A stretch of DNA of 37,544 bases from Gemmatimonadota bacterium. Its GTDB lineage: Bacteria > Gemmatimonadota > Gemmatimonadetes > Gemmatimonadales > GWC2-71-9. The notes beneath the pieces were generated by a model. The model saw only the letters and a list, made by a program, of their open reading frames with translations, was not told the DNA's origin and did not search any database. The stretch lies in the NCBI GenBank assembly GCA_027294815.1, contig JAPULP010000200.1, forward strand, positions 1 to 37,544. The letters are read 5' to 3'. Positions 8,977-18,508 of the stretch are shown here, in pieces; the first letter of the stretch is position 1; each line of letters starts with the position of its first letter. A program made the translations under genes and the position numbers.

Positions 8977-10289
8977 CCGCCCGCGAGTTCGACCACGCGG
9001 CACTCGCCGACTACACCGTGGTCGCACTCATCTCAGCTACGCAAGACCACGAATGGGCCGCCGCCCAAGCCTGGGCCGTGGCCCGCGAAGCAACCCGTGG
9101 GAAGCCCAGGGTGGCGCTCGTAGACCTCTCCCTTGCCAGACCCGCGCTCGATGCCGGTGCGGCACTCCCGAGCGGAGGCGCCGAGGGGATCGTGGACGCG
9201 CTCCTGTACGACGCCTCCCTCACCGAGGTGGCACAACCACAGGACGAGCCGGGACTCCACTACCTCGGGGTCGGGACACCGACCGGCAACCCCCCGGAGG
9301 TGTGGGCCCACCCACGGTGGACGCGGCTGCACGCCGGGTTCAAGAGTCAGGGCGCGCTGTTGCTGCTATTCCTGCCCCCGGCGGCCATTCCACACCTCGC
9401 CCTCCAACCGGACGGTGTGATCATCCTCGCCCGCACCGGCTGGAGTCAGGAAGAGCAACGGCACCTAGGCGTGTCGAAGTGGCTGGAGCAGGGTATTCCC
9501 CTGCTAGCGGTGCTGTCGGAGCCAAGCACCGCCCCTCCGGCCCCGACCGGCGGACTTCGCGTGGCCCCACGTCGGCGGGGGAAGGGAAACCTGATGCTCG
9601 CGGCCGCTCTTGTTGTCGTCATCGCCGTTACGGCGGTGTGGGGGGTCTCCCGACTGTCGGAATCGCCCGCTGCGCCGCGGGAAACCTCGGTTCCGGTTAC
9701 AGAGCCGCTCGTTGCCACGCCCCCGCCCCCGCCCCCGCCCCCGGTTGAGCCCACCTCGACGGATATCGTGACGCCGCCCTCCGAGCCGCGGCGGCTCGAT
9801 ACGCTGTTCTATGCGATTCAAGTTGCCGCTTTCAACACGTCAGCTCGGGCCCTGGAATACGCTCACTCGCTCGAGGACCGGAGATTGGCCGCGGCCGTGA
9901 CCCCGGTCCGGGTCAGAGGCCGGGTCTGGTACCGCGTGATTCTGGGCGCGCTACCCACCTCGGCGGAGGCTCGCGCAGCCCTCCAGAGGCTCTGGCGTGA
10001 CGGCTTGGTGGCGAGTGGTGAGGGAGCTATCTTGCGCACTCCGCAGGCATTCGATCTGGGAACCCGCCCAAACGCCGACATGGCATGGGAAGAGACACAA
10101 CGGCTCCGCGAACGCGGCATCCCCGCATACACCGTAGAGGCGTCCCAGGGGACAGGGACAGGGGCGGGGGCGGCTCGGATACTCGTCGGCGCATTTGAAA
10201 CTCCCGACCAAACCGCGGTGGTCGAATCGTTGTTGACGGCCGCCGGATTGACGACAACCCTCGTGAATCGTACAGGGAACACACCATGA
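8973..10289 (+). CDS. 438-aa protein: N-terminal MinD/ParA/BY-kinase-like domain without a P-loop, one TM helix, a Pro-rich linker and two C-terminal SPOR domains
   Basis: ATG at 8973 overlaps the upstream stop (ATGA). The layout VVALISATQDHEWAAAQAWAVAREATRGKPRVALVDLSLARP...GLHYLGVGTPTGNPPEVW...LLLLFLPP...DGVIILARTG parallels SIMIBI/BY-kinase ATPases, but the Walker A GKT/S, the DxD and the Walker B Asp are all replaced. TM helix: LMLAAALVVVIAVTAVWGV. Linker contains PPPPPPPPP. SPOR-like segments: FYAIQVAAFNTSARALEYAHSLE...VWYRVILGALPTSAEARAAL and ARILVGAFETPDQTAVVESLL. Confidence 0.75.
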   Translation: MTAREFDHAALADYTVVALISATQDHEWAAAQAWAVAREATRGKPRVALVDLSLARPALDAGAALPSGGAEGIVDALLYDASLTEVAQPQDEPGLHYLGVGTPTGNPPEVWAHPRWTRLHAGFKSQGALLLLFLPPAAIPHLALQPDGVIILARTGWSQEEQRHLGVSKWLEQGIPLLAVLSEPSTAPPAPTGGLRVAPRRRGKGNLMLAAALVVVIAVTAVWGVSRLSESPAAPRETSVPVTEPLVATPPPPPPPPVEPTSTDIVTPPSEPRRLDTLFYAIQVAAFNTSARALEYAHSLEDRRLAAAVTPVRVRGRVWYRVILGALPTSAEARAALQRLWRDGLVASGEGAILRTPQAFDLGTRPNADMAWEETQRLRERGIPAYTVEASQGTGTGAGAARILVGAFETPDQTAVVESLLTAAGLTTTLVNRTGNTP

Positions 10290-13200
10290 AACTGACCCGG
10301 CTGGTGCTGTCGGGCTTCAAATCCTTCGCCGACAAAGTCGAACTGACGTTCGAAGACGGCATCACGTCCATCGTCGGGCCCAATGGGTGCGGAAAATCCA
10401 ACATCTCCGATGCGGTCAGGTGGGTGTTGGGCGAGCAGCGCGCGAAAATCCTCCGTGGCGCGCGGATGGAAGACATCATCTTCCAAGGCACCGCCAAGCG
10501 GAAACCGCTCAACCTTTCGGAAGTCTCACTCCACTTCGATAACAGCGACGAAACGCTACCGATCTCCTACCGTGAGGTCGTCGTAACGCGGCGGCTCACG
10601 CGAGCGGGCCTGAGTGAATACCTCGTCAACCAGCAGCCCGTGCGCTTGCGCGACGTGCAGGACCTCTTACGCGGCACCGGGTTGGGTGGCGAAGGGGGGG
10701 TGGTGATCGAAGCCCAAAGAATCGATCGCCTCTTGTCCGACCGGACCGAGGAGCGGCGCGCGCTGTTCGAGGAGGCAGCCGGCATCGGACTCTACCGAGA
10801 CCGGAAAACGACGACCGAACGGCGACTCGAGAAAACACTCGAAGACCTCAGGCGTTTGGACGATCTGATCTCGGAAATCCAAACGCAGGTGCGCAGCTTG
10901 GCGCGGCAACGTGGAAAAGCCGAACGGCACAAGCAACTCACCGAGGAACGATTTGGGATCGTGATGACGTTGGCACGACGCCGGCTCGCGCAGCTCGACG
11001 TGCAAATGGCAACGTTGAACACCCAAGAACAAGAGATCAGCGAAGCCCTACCTCGCGATCGTGAGTTGCTCAGTAAAGAGGAGCGGGAGCGGGAAGAACG
11101 CGTCCAGGCCCGCGCAACGGCCGAGGCACAACGAAACGAAATCGAGCGGCGTCTCGCCGAACGACGCCTGGAGGTTGGGAAGCTGGAGGGGGACCTCGAA
11201 TTGGCGAGCGAGCGACTGAAGAACGCGGTGGAGCGCAAGGCGCGCGCCCGCGAGGAGCGGATCCACGCCGACGCTCGAGCGGCACACGCCGACCGAGAGA
11301 AGGAGGAGGCGGCCGCGGAACGAGTAGCGGCCACCGAGGCACACCAATCGGTCCAGACCGAACTCGACCTGCGTGCCTCCGACGAGAAAGCGACGCGCGA
11401 CCGTTTGCTCGCACAGCGCGAGCGGGTGCGAGTGATGGGAGATGCGCTGCAGGAGCAAGCCGAAACCGGGGGCTCGCTCGCCGTGGAAATCGAGGCCCTC
11501 GAGCGCGACCTCGGCGACCTCCGCGCACAGGAGGCGGACGCCACAAAACGAAGTGCAGAGACCGTGACGCATAGCGAAGAGGCTCGGTTGAAACTGCAGG
11601 CGGCTTCAACGGAACTGGCCAAGCGGCAGCACACGGACGGTCAGGCATCGACCGAACTCGAGCGGGCGCGCCACGCCCTGGCCGGCGCGAAGGAACACGA
11701 GGCAGCCCTCTTGTTGGAGCGGCGTTCCGCCGAGGACCGTCGGGCACAGCTGAGCGCGCGGCGTGAAGCTATCGATGCGCTGGAGCGAGATCGCGTCGGT
11801 CTTGCACCGGGGGCGCGTAAGCTCCTCGAAAACCAAGATCGCTTCGGGAGCGGCGCGATCTTGGGACCGTTGAGCGATTTCCTCCGGTCTTCCGGCGCCG
11901 GCGCCGAAGTCGCCGAGAACATGCTGGCCGAATGGCTGCACGCGGTCGTGGTCAAAGACGAAGAAACCGTGGACACGGTACGCCGTTGGCACGAGGAAGA
12001 GCAGCCCGGACCGTTGGTGCTCCTTCCCGTAACGCCGGGCCCCACACGCGACGGCGACCCACCAGGCGACATCCAATTGGAGGTGGCAGAACCGGCCGGT
12101 TCGTGGGCCGCCGCCCTGCTCGCGGGCCACGCGCAATTGGACGACACAGGCACGGCCATCCGGCGGTCGAACGGAGCGGTGTTCCTTCCGGGCACCGAAG
12201 ACCGCAGCGGCCCCCTACAGCGGCGCGCCGAGATCGAACGATTGGGCGAAGAGGTCGCGGAGACGGAGTCGCAGGTCGCCCGGTTGGTCCGGGAGGCCAA
12301 GAACGCGGCGAGCGCGTTGTCGGACGCGGAAAGCAAACTCGAGATTGCAGCGCGGTCGTCCGATGAAACGCGACAAGCGTTGCACGAGCTCAAGGCGACT
12401 CACGGCGACGGCGAACGTGAGGTGCAGCGCGCGGAACGCGAGCGGCGGGAAGCCGTTGGGCACGCCACCCGAATCAAGAAGCGAATAGACGGACGAGCCG
12501 CCAGACTGCACAAAGCGCAGTCCGAGTTACAGTCGTTGAAGCGCGGACGCGCCCAGGCAGAAGCCGAACTCGAGACACAGCGGTCGTTACTGCAACATCA
12601 GGAAACAGATCAGGAAACAGCGCGTGAAAACCGCGTGCACTGGCAGGTTGAAGAGGCTCAAGTATCGGTCAGGGAACAGGCGGCTCGGGAGCGCGAAGAG
12701 CGCGCGGAGAAAGCGCTAGGAGAGGCAACCACCGAAATCAAATCGCTCGAGCGGGAGATTGCCGAGATCGGTGAGGCCACCGGAGGCGCGGAAGAACAAC
12801 AAGCACAGTGGACCGACCAGATGGCTGAACGCAAAGCCGAAGTGGCAGAGCTGGCAACGGCAGCGCAGAACGCACAGCGGGCGGTGCAACTCGCCGACGA
12901 AACGTTGCAGATCAGCGATCAGGGTCTCCAATCCACCCGCGAAAGCGTACAACAACTCTCGGAAAGATCTCACCGCGTCGAACTCGAGCGGGCGGAGATC
13001 GAAGGACGCCGCAACGCCATCGTCGAACGGGTGGAGGCTGAGTGGCGTATGCCGTTAGCCGAGCTCTTGGAGACCGCCCCTGCGGTGGAAGGCGACGAGG
13101 AGGACCTGCAACAGGAAGCGGACTTGCTCGCCGACCGTCTGCAGGCGGGGGGTCCGGTGAATCCCCTGGCGGCGCAGGAGCATGACGAGGAGAAGACACG

Positions 13201-13759
13201 CCTCGAATTTCTCGAGACGCAACGCGACGATCTGGTCGAGGCGCGCTCTTCCCTGCTCAAGGCGTTACGCGAAATCGATGACACGGCTCGTGCAATGTTC
13301 AGCGAAACCTTCACCGCGGTGCGCGACAATTTCCAACGAGTCTTCTTGACGTTGTTCGAAGGCGGCGAATGCGACGTACGATTGGTCGATGAATCTGATC
13401 CCCTCGACAGCGAAATCGAAATCCGGGCCGCACCCCGAGGCAAACGGACACAGCGGATTCACTTGCTGTCGTCTGGCGAACGGGCGCTCGTGGCAATATC
13501 TCTACTATTCGCCATTTACCTCACCAAACCGAGTCCGTTCTGTTTGCTCGACGAGGTAGATGCCCCACTCGACGACTCGAACGTGCAGCGGTTCCTCCGG
13601 CTGCTCGACGAATTCAAGACCGACACGCAATTCATCGTCATTACGCACAACCCAAGGACGATGCAGACGGCCGACGCTGTGTACGGTGTCACGATGCAGG
13701 AACCCGGCGTGTCGTCGATCGTCGGCGTCCGGCTGGGCGAGCACGCAGCCATCGCTTGA
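10286..13759 (+). CDS. smc: Chromosome partition protein SMC
   Basis: 1157 aa. N-terminal Walker A GPNGCGKSN, long E/R/A-rich coiled coils, a central hinge, C-terminal LLSSGERALVAISLLFAI and CLLDEVDAPLD. Its ATG overlaps the upstream stop (ATGA at 10286-10289). Confidence 0.95.
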   Translation: MKLTRLVLSGFKSFADKVELTFEDGITSIVGPNGCGKSNISDAVRWVLGEQRAKILRGARMEDIIFQGTAKRKPLNLSEVSLHFDNSDETLPISYREVVVTRRLTRAGLSEYLVNQQPVRLRDVQDLLRGTGLGGEGGVVIEAQRIDRLLSDRTEERRALFEEAAGIGLYRDRKTTTERRLEKTLEDLRRLDDLISEIQTQVRSLARQRGKAERHKQLTEERFGIVMTLARRRLAQLDVQMATLNTQEQEISEALPRDRELLSKEEREREERVQARATAEAQRNEIERRLAERRLEVGKLEGDLELASERLKNAVERKARAREERIHADARAAHADREKEEAAAERVAATEAHQSVQTELDLRASDEKATRDRLLAQRERVRVMGDALQEQAETGGSLAVEIEALERDLGDLRAQEADATKRSAETVTHSEEARLKLQAASTELAKRQHTDGQASTELERARHALAGAKEHEAALLLERRSAEDRRAQLSARREAIDALERDRVGLAPGARKLLENQDRFGSGAILGPLSDFLRSSGAGAEVAENMLAEWLHAVVVKDEETVDTVRRWHEEEQPGPLVLLPVTPGPTRDGDPPGDIQLEVAEPAGSWAAALLAGHAQLDDTGTAIRRSNGAVFLPGTEDRSGPLQRRAEIERLGEEVAETESQVARLVREAKNAASALSDAESKLEIAARSSDETRQALHELKATHGDGEREVQRAERERREAVGHATRIKKRIDGRAARLHKAQSELQSLKRGRAQAEAELETQRSLLQHQETDQETARENRVHWQVEEAQVSVREQAAREREERAEKALGEATTEIKSLEREIAEIGEATGGAEEQQAQWTDQMAERKAEVAELATAAQNAQRAVQLADETLQISDQGLQSTRESVQQLSERSHRVELERAEIEGRRNAIVERVEAEWRMPLAELLETAPAVEGDEEDLQQEADLLADRLQAGGPVNPLAAQEHDEEKTRLEFLETQRDDLVEARSSLLKALREIDDTARAMFSETFTAVRDNFQRVFLTLFEGGECDVRLVDESDPLDSEIEIRAAPRGKRTQRIHLLSSGERALVAISLLFAIYLTKPSPFCLLDEVDAPLDDSNVQRFLRLLDEFKTDTQFIVITHNPRTMQTADAVYGVTMQEPGVSSIVGVRLGEHAAIA

Positions 13760-13819
13760 CGTGCGGGCGGCGACGCTCGGGGTCCTACTCGGAGCCATCC
13801 TTCCCCCAACGATGGAAGC

Positions 13820-14584
13820 ATGGAACTAGTCGTCCTCGGAACCGGTACGGTAGCACCCTCCTCCACGCGGACTGCGGCTGCTCATTGGGTCACCACCGGT
13901 TCGACCCGACTGTTGCTCGACTGCGGAGCGGGAACCATGCACCGCATGGCGACGTGCAACATACCGTGGCCCGACCTCACACACGTGGCGCTCACACATT
14001 TTCACGTCGATCATTGGGGCGAGGTCCCCATGCTGCTTTTTGCTCTTAGATGGGGAACCGAACCAGCACGCAGTCAACCGTTGAACGTGATCGGTCCGAC
14101 AGGCCTCATGGAACGAATGCGACACGCGGCTCGGGCTCTGGGCGACTGGGTCCTCGAGCCCGGATATCCGTTGCACATACACGAACTACAGCCGGGAGCT
14201 ACGTATTCGCTCGAAGACGACGTGGTATTGGAAACGTGCAAGACGCCGCACACCGACGAGAGCATGGCGTACTCCGTCAGGGACAACTCGGGCCGTTTGG
14301 TGTACACAGGAGATACCGGAGCCAGCGACTCCCTCGCGGATTGGGCGCTCGATTGCGATCTCCTCTTGGCCGAGTGTTCCCTACCGGAAGATCGGGGTAT
14401 CGATACGCATCTCACCCCGAAACGGGCCGGAGAACTGGCGCGAAAGGCCAGAGCCGGACGGCTCGTGCTGACACATTTCTATCCGCCGGTGGAGGAAGTG
14501 GATCCCGCGGCGATCGCCGCAGTTGCGTACAGTGGCACGGTCGTTGCCGCAAGAGATGGTGACCGTTTTACGGTGGGAGCTTGA
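13820..14584 (+). CDS. MBL-fold metallo-hydrolase (RNase Z/ElaC-like)
   Basis: N-terminus MELVVLGTGT...LLLDCGAG and the HxHxDH motif (THFHVDHWGE). Confidence 0.8.
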   Translation: MELVVLGTGTVAPSSTRTAAAHWVTTGSTRLLLDCGAGTMHRMATCNIPWPDLTHVALTHFHVDHWGEVPMLLFALRWGTEPARSQPLNVIGPTGLMERMRHAARALGDWVLEPGYPLHIHELQPGATYSLEDDVVLETCKTPHTDESMAYSVRDNSGRLVYTGDTGASDSLADWALDCDLLLAECSLPEDRGIDTHLTPKRAGELARKARAGRLVLTHFYPPVEEVDPAAIAAVAYSGTVVAARDGDRFTVGA

Positions 14585-14597
14585 GAGGGTCTAGACC

Positions 14598-15236
14598 ATG
14601 AAAAAAATCGTTTTCGTGGGACTGGTGCTGGCGGCCCCTCCGGCGGCAGCGCAGACCGCAACCGCAGTGCTCGCAACCGCGCAGGCCACCTATCACCAGA
14701 TCGAGACCTTGCACGCAGAATTTACGCAGATGCTGGTCAATCCGATGATGGGCGATGAAACGACGACGGGGACGTTGTACTTATCTCCGCCGCATCGCTT
14801 CTCCATGCGTTTCTCCGACCCCGAGGGCGACCGTATCGTCGGGGACGGCACATGGCTGTGGCTATATACACCCAGCACGACTCCCAACCAGGTGATTCGA
14901 CAGGTGATTCCCGAGGTGGGACCCGCTACACCAAATCTGTTCGGACAGTTCGTGGACAGACCGCTGGAACGCTACGACGCGACTTACGCGGGTATCGATT
15001 CGGTTGCGGGTTACCGCGTAGAAAACGTACGATTGATACCGCGTGTGGAAGGGATTCCGTTTCGCAGTGTGGTGATTTCGCTGTCGGCTGACGGCATGCT
15101 ACGGAAAGTTGATCTTGTCGAAGACTCGGGTCAGCGACGTACGCTGGTGTTCGACTCAATAACCGTCAACGCGCCAATTCCGGAGGAGGAACTGGTGTTT
15201 CGCGTGCCGCGAGGGACGAGGGTTGTGACGAATTGA
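14598..15236 (+). CDS. lolA: Outer-membrane lipoprotein carrier protein LolA-like
   Basis: Signal peptide MKKIVFVGLVLAAPPAAAQ. LolA-like pattern: Y..IETLHAEFTQ....G.LYL..P.RF...F....GDRIVGDGTWLWLYTP..NQV. Confidence 0.75.
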   Translation: MKKIVFVGLVLAAPPAAAQTATAVLATAQATYHQIETLHAEFTQMLVNPMMGDETTTGTLYLSPPHRFSMRFSDPEGDRIVGDGTWLWLYTPSTTPNQVIRQVIPEVGPATPNLFGQFVDRPLERYDATYAGIDSVAGYRVENVRLIPRVEGIPFRSVVISLSADGMLRKVDLVEDSGQRRTLVFDSITVNAPIPEEELVFRVPRGTRVVTN

Positions 15237-15298
15237 GTCGGACGGTCTGACGGCGGATTTCAGATTGCAGATTTGCAATTTGCAATTTGCAATTTGAA
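15235..15298 (+). repeat. Composite short-repeat tract after lolA: AGTCGGAC/GGTCTGAC octamer pair followed by about five ATTTGCA heptamers
   Basis: Direct reading: AGTCGGACGGTCTGAC starts inside the lolA stop codon. Heptamers at 15271-15277, 15278-15284 and 15285-15291 are ATTTGCA. They are flanked by the variants AGATTGCAG (15262-15270) and ATTTGAA (15292-15298). The TTGCAA cores are self-complementary. Confidence 0.9.
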
Positions 15299-15314
15299 AT
15301 CGCTTCAGCGTCTC

Positions 15315-15342
15315 TGCTCCCTGCTCCCTGCTCCCTGCTCCC
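15315..15342 (-). repeat. (GGGAGCA)4 on the - strand, 9 nt downstream of the S41 protease stop codon
   Basis: Plus strand reads TGCTCCC x4 (15315-15321, 15322-15328, 15329-15335, 15336-15342). Same unit as at 7436-7470, again in the sense orientation of the gene it follows. Confidence 0.95.
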
Positions 15343-15351
15343 AAGTATCTC

Positions 15352-16941
15352 CTACCTACTCTGACCCGCCAGCTCAAACAGCTCCTCCTGACTCCCGACT
15401 CCGGCCAGCATCTCCACCGCCAGCGACACCATCCCGTCGTTAGCCACGTGGTATTGCATTTCGGCGTCGCGTCCAAATACGTACCGCAGAGTTCGTCGGT
15501 GGAGCTCCGCATTGACGATATCGATCGCGCCGTTCCAAATGGCGTTGGGCATCCGAACGTCGCGCGCACGAATTCGCCGCAGCAGATCGCTCCGCATCGC
15601 AGCCGTTACTTCGAACGAATCGGGATCGGACGATTGCAGCTCCTCCCTCAACTCCAAAGCGTAGCTAGAAACAACATCGAAGAAGCCTTGCAGGTTCGAT
15701 CCGAGCTGTGTTTGAAAGCGTCGCTCGGCCGTCGTGACGGTGTCGGCGGCGATGACGATGTCGGGATGAATTCCGCCACCACCCGTGAGTGCTCTACCGG
15801 CATCACTACGGAACTCCGACGCTACCGCCAGCGAGTCGGGCGACGAACCTGGCACCGGCAACTCCGGCGTTCCTTCGTCGCGCTCTCGATGAATCGACCT
15901 GCCGCTCGGCGTGAACCACCGGCTCGTCGTCAGGCGGAGCGCCTCGGAGGGCCCAATCTGAAAAACGGCCTGGACCACCCCTTTTCCGAAACTGGGCCTG
16001 CCGAGCACCAAGGCCCGATCGTGATCCTGCAACGCGCCGGCGACGATCTCTGCGGCGCTCGCCGAGAATTCGTTCACGAGCACCACGAGCGGCATGTCAC
16101 CCCACTCCTGCCGTGCAGTCGCATCGTACGAGCGAGACGTGCCGGCCGCACGCCCGTGCGTCGTCAGCACAACCTCGCCACGGTCGAGGAACAGATCGGA
16201 TACCGCGACGCCCTGATCGAGCAAACCTACCGGATTGAACCGCACGTCGAGGATCAAAGCGCGCGCGCCGTCGTTGCGTAACTTGGTGATTGCCTCGCGG
16301 AGTTCGTCGGCTGAGCGCGCACCCACGGTCTCGAGATGGACATATCCGACACTCGGCGCCACCAAGGCCACGTGACGAACCGACGACACGCGAATCTGCC
16401 CGCGCTCGATGTCAAAACGGAGTGGACGGGGAAGACCGGAGCGCATAACTGTGAGGGACACCGCCGTTCCGGCCTCACCCCGCAAAGAGGCCGTGGCTTT
16501 TTCGGACGACCATCCGAACGTCGAAACACCCTCGACTTCAACGATGCGATCCCCCGGCTCGATTCCCGCCTCCTCGGCCGGCGTGCCGATCAGCGGCGTG
16601 ACCACCGTGAGCCAGCCATCGGTGACCTCGATGCGTACACCGAGTCCGGCGTAGTCTCCGCGGGTGATCAGCGTCAACTCGTCGAGGTCGTCGGCTCGAA
16701 GAAACCCCGTGTACGGATCGCCGAGATTCTTGAGCATGCCGTCGATCGCGAGGTCGTAGAGCTGGCCCTTTTCGAGAGAATCGACGTAGAGATCGGCCAC
16801 CCGTTGGATGACGCTGGAAAACACCTGGGCCCGTTGATACACTTCGGACGAACGAGATGCTCCTCGCCCGAGGAGCCATGCTCCTGAGACGAACGCAACC
16901 AGCGTCACCATGGTGAGAAGGACGATGCTGCGTCGGCTCAC
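15352..16941 (-). CDS. S41-family carboxy-terminal processing protease with a PDZ domain
   Basis: PDZ-like GLGVRIEVTDGWLTVVTPLIGTPAEEAGIEPGDRIVEVEG and the catalytic-region motif LVNEFSASAAEIVAGALQD. I chose the GTG at 16941 because GGAGGG lies 6 nt upstream and it gives a signal-anchor N-terminus (VSRRSIVLLTMVTLVAFVSGAWLLG). The ORF-track start at 17085 would overlap tmk. Confidence 0.85.
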   Translation of the reverse strand: MSRRSIVLLTMVTLVAFVSGAWLLGRGASRSSEVYQRAQVFSSVIQRVADLYVDSLEKGQLYDLAIDGMLKNLGDPYTGFLRADDLDELTLITRGDYAGLGVRIEVTDGWLTVVTPLIGTPAEEAGIEPGDRIVEVEGVSTFGWSSEKATASLRGEAGTAVSLTVMRSGLPRPLRFDIERGQIRVSSVRHVALVAPSVGYVHLETVGARSADELREAITKLRNDGARALILDVRFNPVGLLDQGVAVSDLFLDRGEVVLTTHGRAAGTSRSYDATARQEWGDMPLVVLVNEFSASAAEIVAGALQDHDRALVLGRPSFGKGVVQAVFQIGPSEALRLTTSRWFTPSGRSIHRERDEGTPELPVPGSSPDSLAVASEFRSDAGRALTGGGGIHPDIVIAADTVTTAERRFQTQLGSNLQGFFDVVSSYALELREELQSSDPDSFEVTAAMRSDLLRRIRARDVRMPNAIWNGAIDIVNAELHRRTLRYVFGRDAEMQYHVANDGMVSLAVEMLAGVGSQEELFELAGQSR

Positions 16942-16975
16942 AGGACACCCTCCGACGAATGAGATGTTCTGCCTG

Positions 16976-17614
16976 TCAACTCCGTCCCTCCTCCGATGTT
17001 TCCGCCAGGTGACGCTCCACAACGCCCCAAGCTGCCTGCTCCACCGCGTCCGCCGATTTGGTCGCGTCGACGTGCACCACACCATTCCCCGAGGCCTGGA
17101 GAAACACCTCTGCCACGCGTTGGTGCCACACGCGGCCCTCGCGCTCGATCCGATCCGGCTCCTTGCCGTCGTGGGCCTGGCGTTTCAGACCCAACTCGGC
17201 CGGGAGGTCCAACACGATGGTCAAGTCCGGCCTGAGGCCGTCGGTCGCCAACTCGTTAGCCCCCATGACCCGTTCCCGGGGGAGACCCCGGCCTGCTATC
17301 TGGTACGCCTCCGTAGAAAGGTCGTAGCGGTCACTCAACACCACCCTTCCGCTCTCCAGCGCTGGGCGAATGACCTTGGCCACCTGGTCTGCACGCGCCG
17401 CAAGCATGAGGAATAGCTCCGCAAGCGGGGTGGCGTGCATTTCGGCATCGAGGGCGGCCGCACGCGCCGCCTCAGCGAGCGGCGTCCCACCCGGCTGCCG
17501 CACCTCGAGCACATCATGCCCAGCGGCACGCAGGCGGCTCGCCAAGCGCCCGACCAGGGTTGTTTTCCCCGCCCCCTCGGGGCCGTCTACGACGATGAAT
17601 GTCCCCACCCTCAC
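16976..17614 (-). CDS. tmk: Thymidylate kinase
   Basis: FIVVDGPEGAGKTTLV P-loop, ...VRQPGGTPLAE..., ...VLSDRYDLSTEAYQ... GTG start directly abuts the prmC stop. Confidence 0.9.
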   Translation of the reverse strand: MRVGTFIVVDGPEGAGKTTLVGRLASRLRAAGHDVLEVRQPGGTPLAEAARAAALDAEMHATPLAELFLMLAARADQVAKVIRPALESGRVVLSDRYDLSTEAYQIAGRGLPRERVMGANELATDGLRPDLTIVLDLPAELGLKRQAHDGKEPDRIEREGRVWHQRVAEVFLQASGNGVVHVDATKSADAVEQAAWGVVERHLAETSEEGRS

Positions 17615-18508
17615 CTAGACGTTCCCGCCGTGTGCGGGGTTGCAAAGCAGATATCGCGGCCGATCGAAAACGTCTTTCTCGATTTTCGCCGACCAGCCGT
17701 TACGCCCGGCAATGTCGATCGCCGGGTCCGCCCGCCGGGCGTCTACTTCCAGCACAAGCAAACCACCGGGATTCAGATGATCCATGGCATCTTCGAGTAT
17801 TCGCCGGATGTGCCACATACCGTTTTCGGGACTTACCAACGCATCGCGCGGTTCGTAGAGACGCACACCGTCGTCTAGGTCTTCGAACTCGCCCCCCGTA
17901 ACATACGGCGGATTGGTCACGATCGCGTCGAGGGTCGTTTCGCGAACCGGCTCGAAGAACTCGCCCACACGAAAATCGACCAAGGTATCCGACTTGACGG
18001 CGGCGGCATTGTCCGCTGCAACAGCCATCGCCTTCGCCGAGGTATCGGTCGCGATTACCCGTGAGAACGAGCCTTCCACCGCCAGGCTGAGCGCAATGCA
18101 GCCGCTCCCGGTTCCGATATCTGCGACGATTCCATGACGCCCCTCCGCCTCAGCCCAGTCGAGCACACGTTGTACCAAACCTTCGGTCTCCGGCCGAGGG
18201 ATCAGAACGCGCCGATCCACTCTCAAGTCCAACGTGCGGAACCCTGCGGTACCCATCGCGTAGGCCAGAGGTTCTCCCTCGGCGCGGCGCTCCACAGCAT
18301 CTCGAAAGCGCTCCCACGTATCGTCGCTCATTGGCTTCCGGGCTGCACGCAGCGCGGCAAGCGGGTCGCTCTTCGTGATCGTTCCCCACAGTGCCAAGGA
18401 CTCCGGGCGAGACTCACGAATCCCCACGCTCCCCAATCGCCCGGCAGCCCATCCGAGAGCCTCCCCTTGGGTGGCGGGGACCGGGTTAGTACTCCGCTCG
18501 CTCTTCAA
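17615..18508 (-). CDS. prmC: Release-factor glutamine N5-methyltransferase PrmC (HemK)
   Basis: SAM-binding motif [13 protein letters not shown] and catalytic NPPY (IVTNPPYV). The start is uncertain: TTG at 18508 would overlap the prfA 3' end, and alternative starts are TTG at 18436 or GTG at 18427. The 398-aa ORF-track version runs antisense-free into prfA in another frame and is rejected. Confidence 0.8.
   Translation of the reverse strand: MKSERSTNPVPATQGEALGWAAGRLGSVGIRESRPESLALWGTITKSDPLAALRAARKPMSDDTWERFRDAVERRAEGEPLAYAMGTAGFRTLDLRVDRRVLIPRPETEGLVQRVLDWAEAEGRHGIVADIGTGSGCIALSLAVEGSFSRVIATDTSAKAMAVAADNAAAVKSDTLVDFRVGEFFEPVRETTLDAIVTNPPYVTGGEFEDLDDGVRLYEPRDALVSPENGMWHIRRILEDAMDHLNPGGLLVLEVDARRADPAIDIAGRNGWSAKIEKDVFDRPRYLLCNPAHGGNV

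Noticed and set aside
8873-9748. 291-aa Arg/Pro/Gly-rich ORF in an alternative + frame across the junction of the two SPOR protein genes
   Set aside because: The low-complexity translation has no motifs. It overlaps two frames that carry recognisable SPOR and NTPase-like sequence.
10792-12393. Series of 170-280-aa ORFs antisense to smc
   Set aside because: The repetitive GAG/CGC-rich coiled-coil coding sequence stays open on the opposite strand. The translations are Ser/Arg/Ala low-complexity, and smc is unambiguous.
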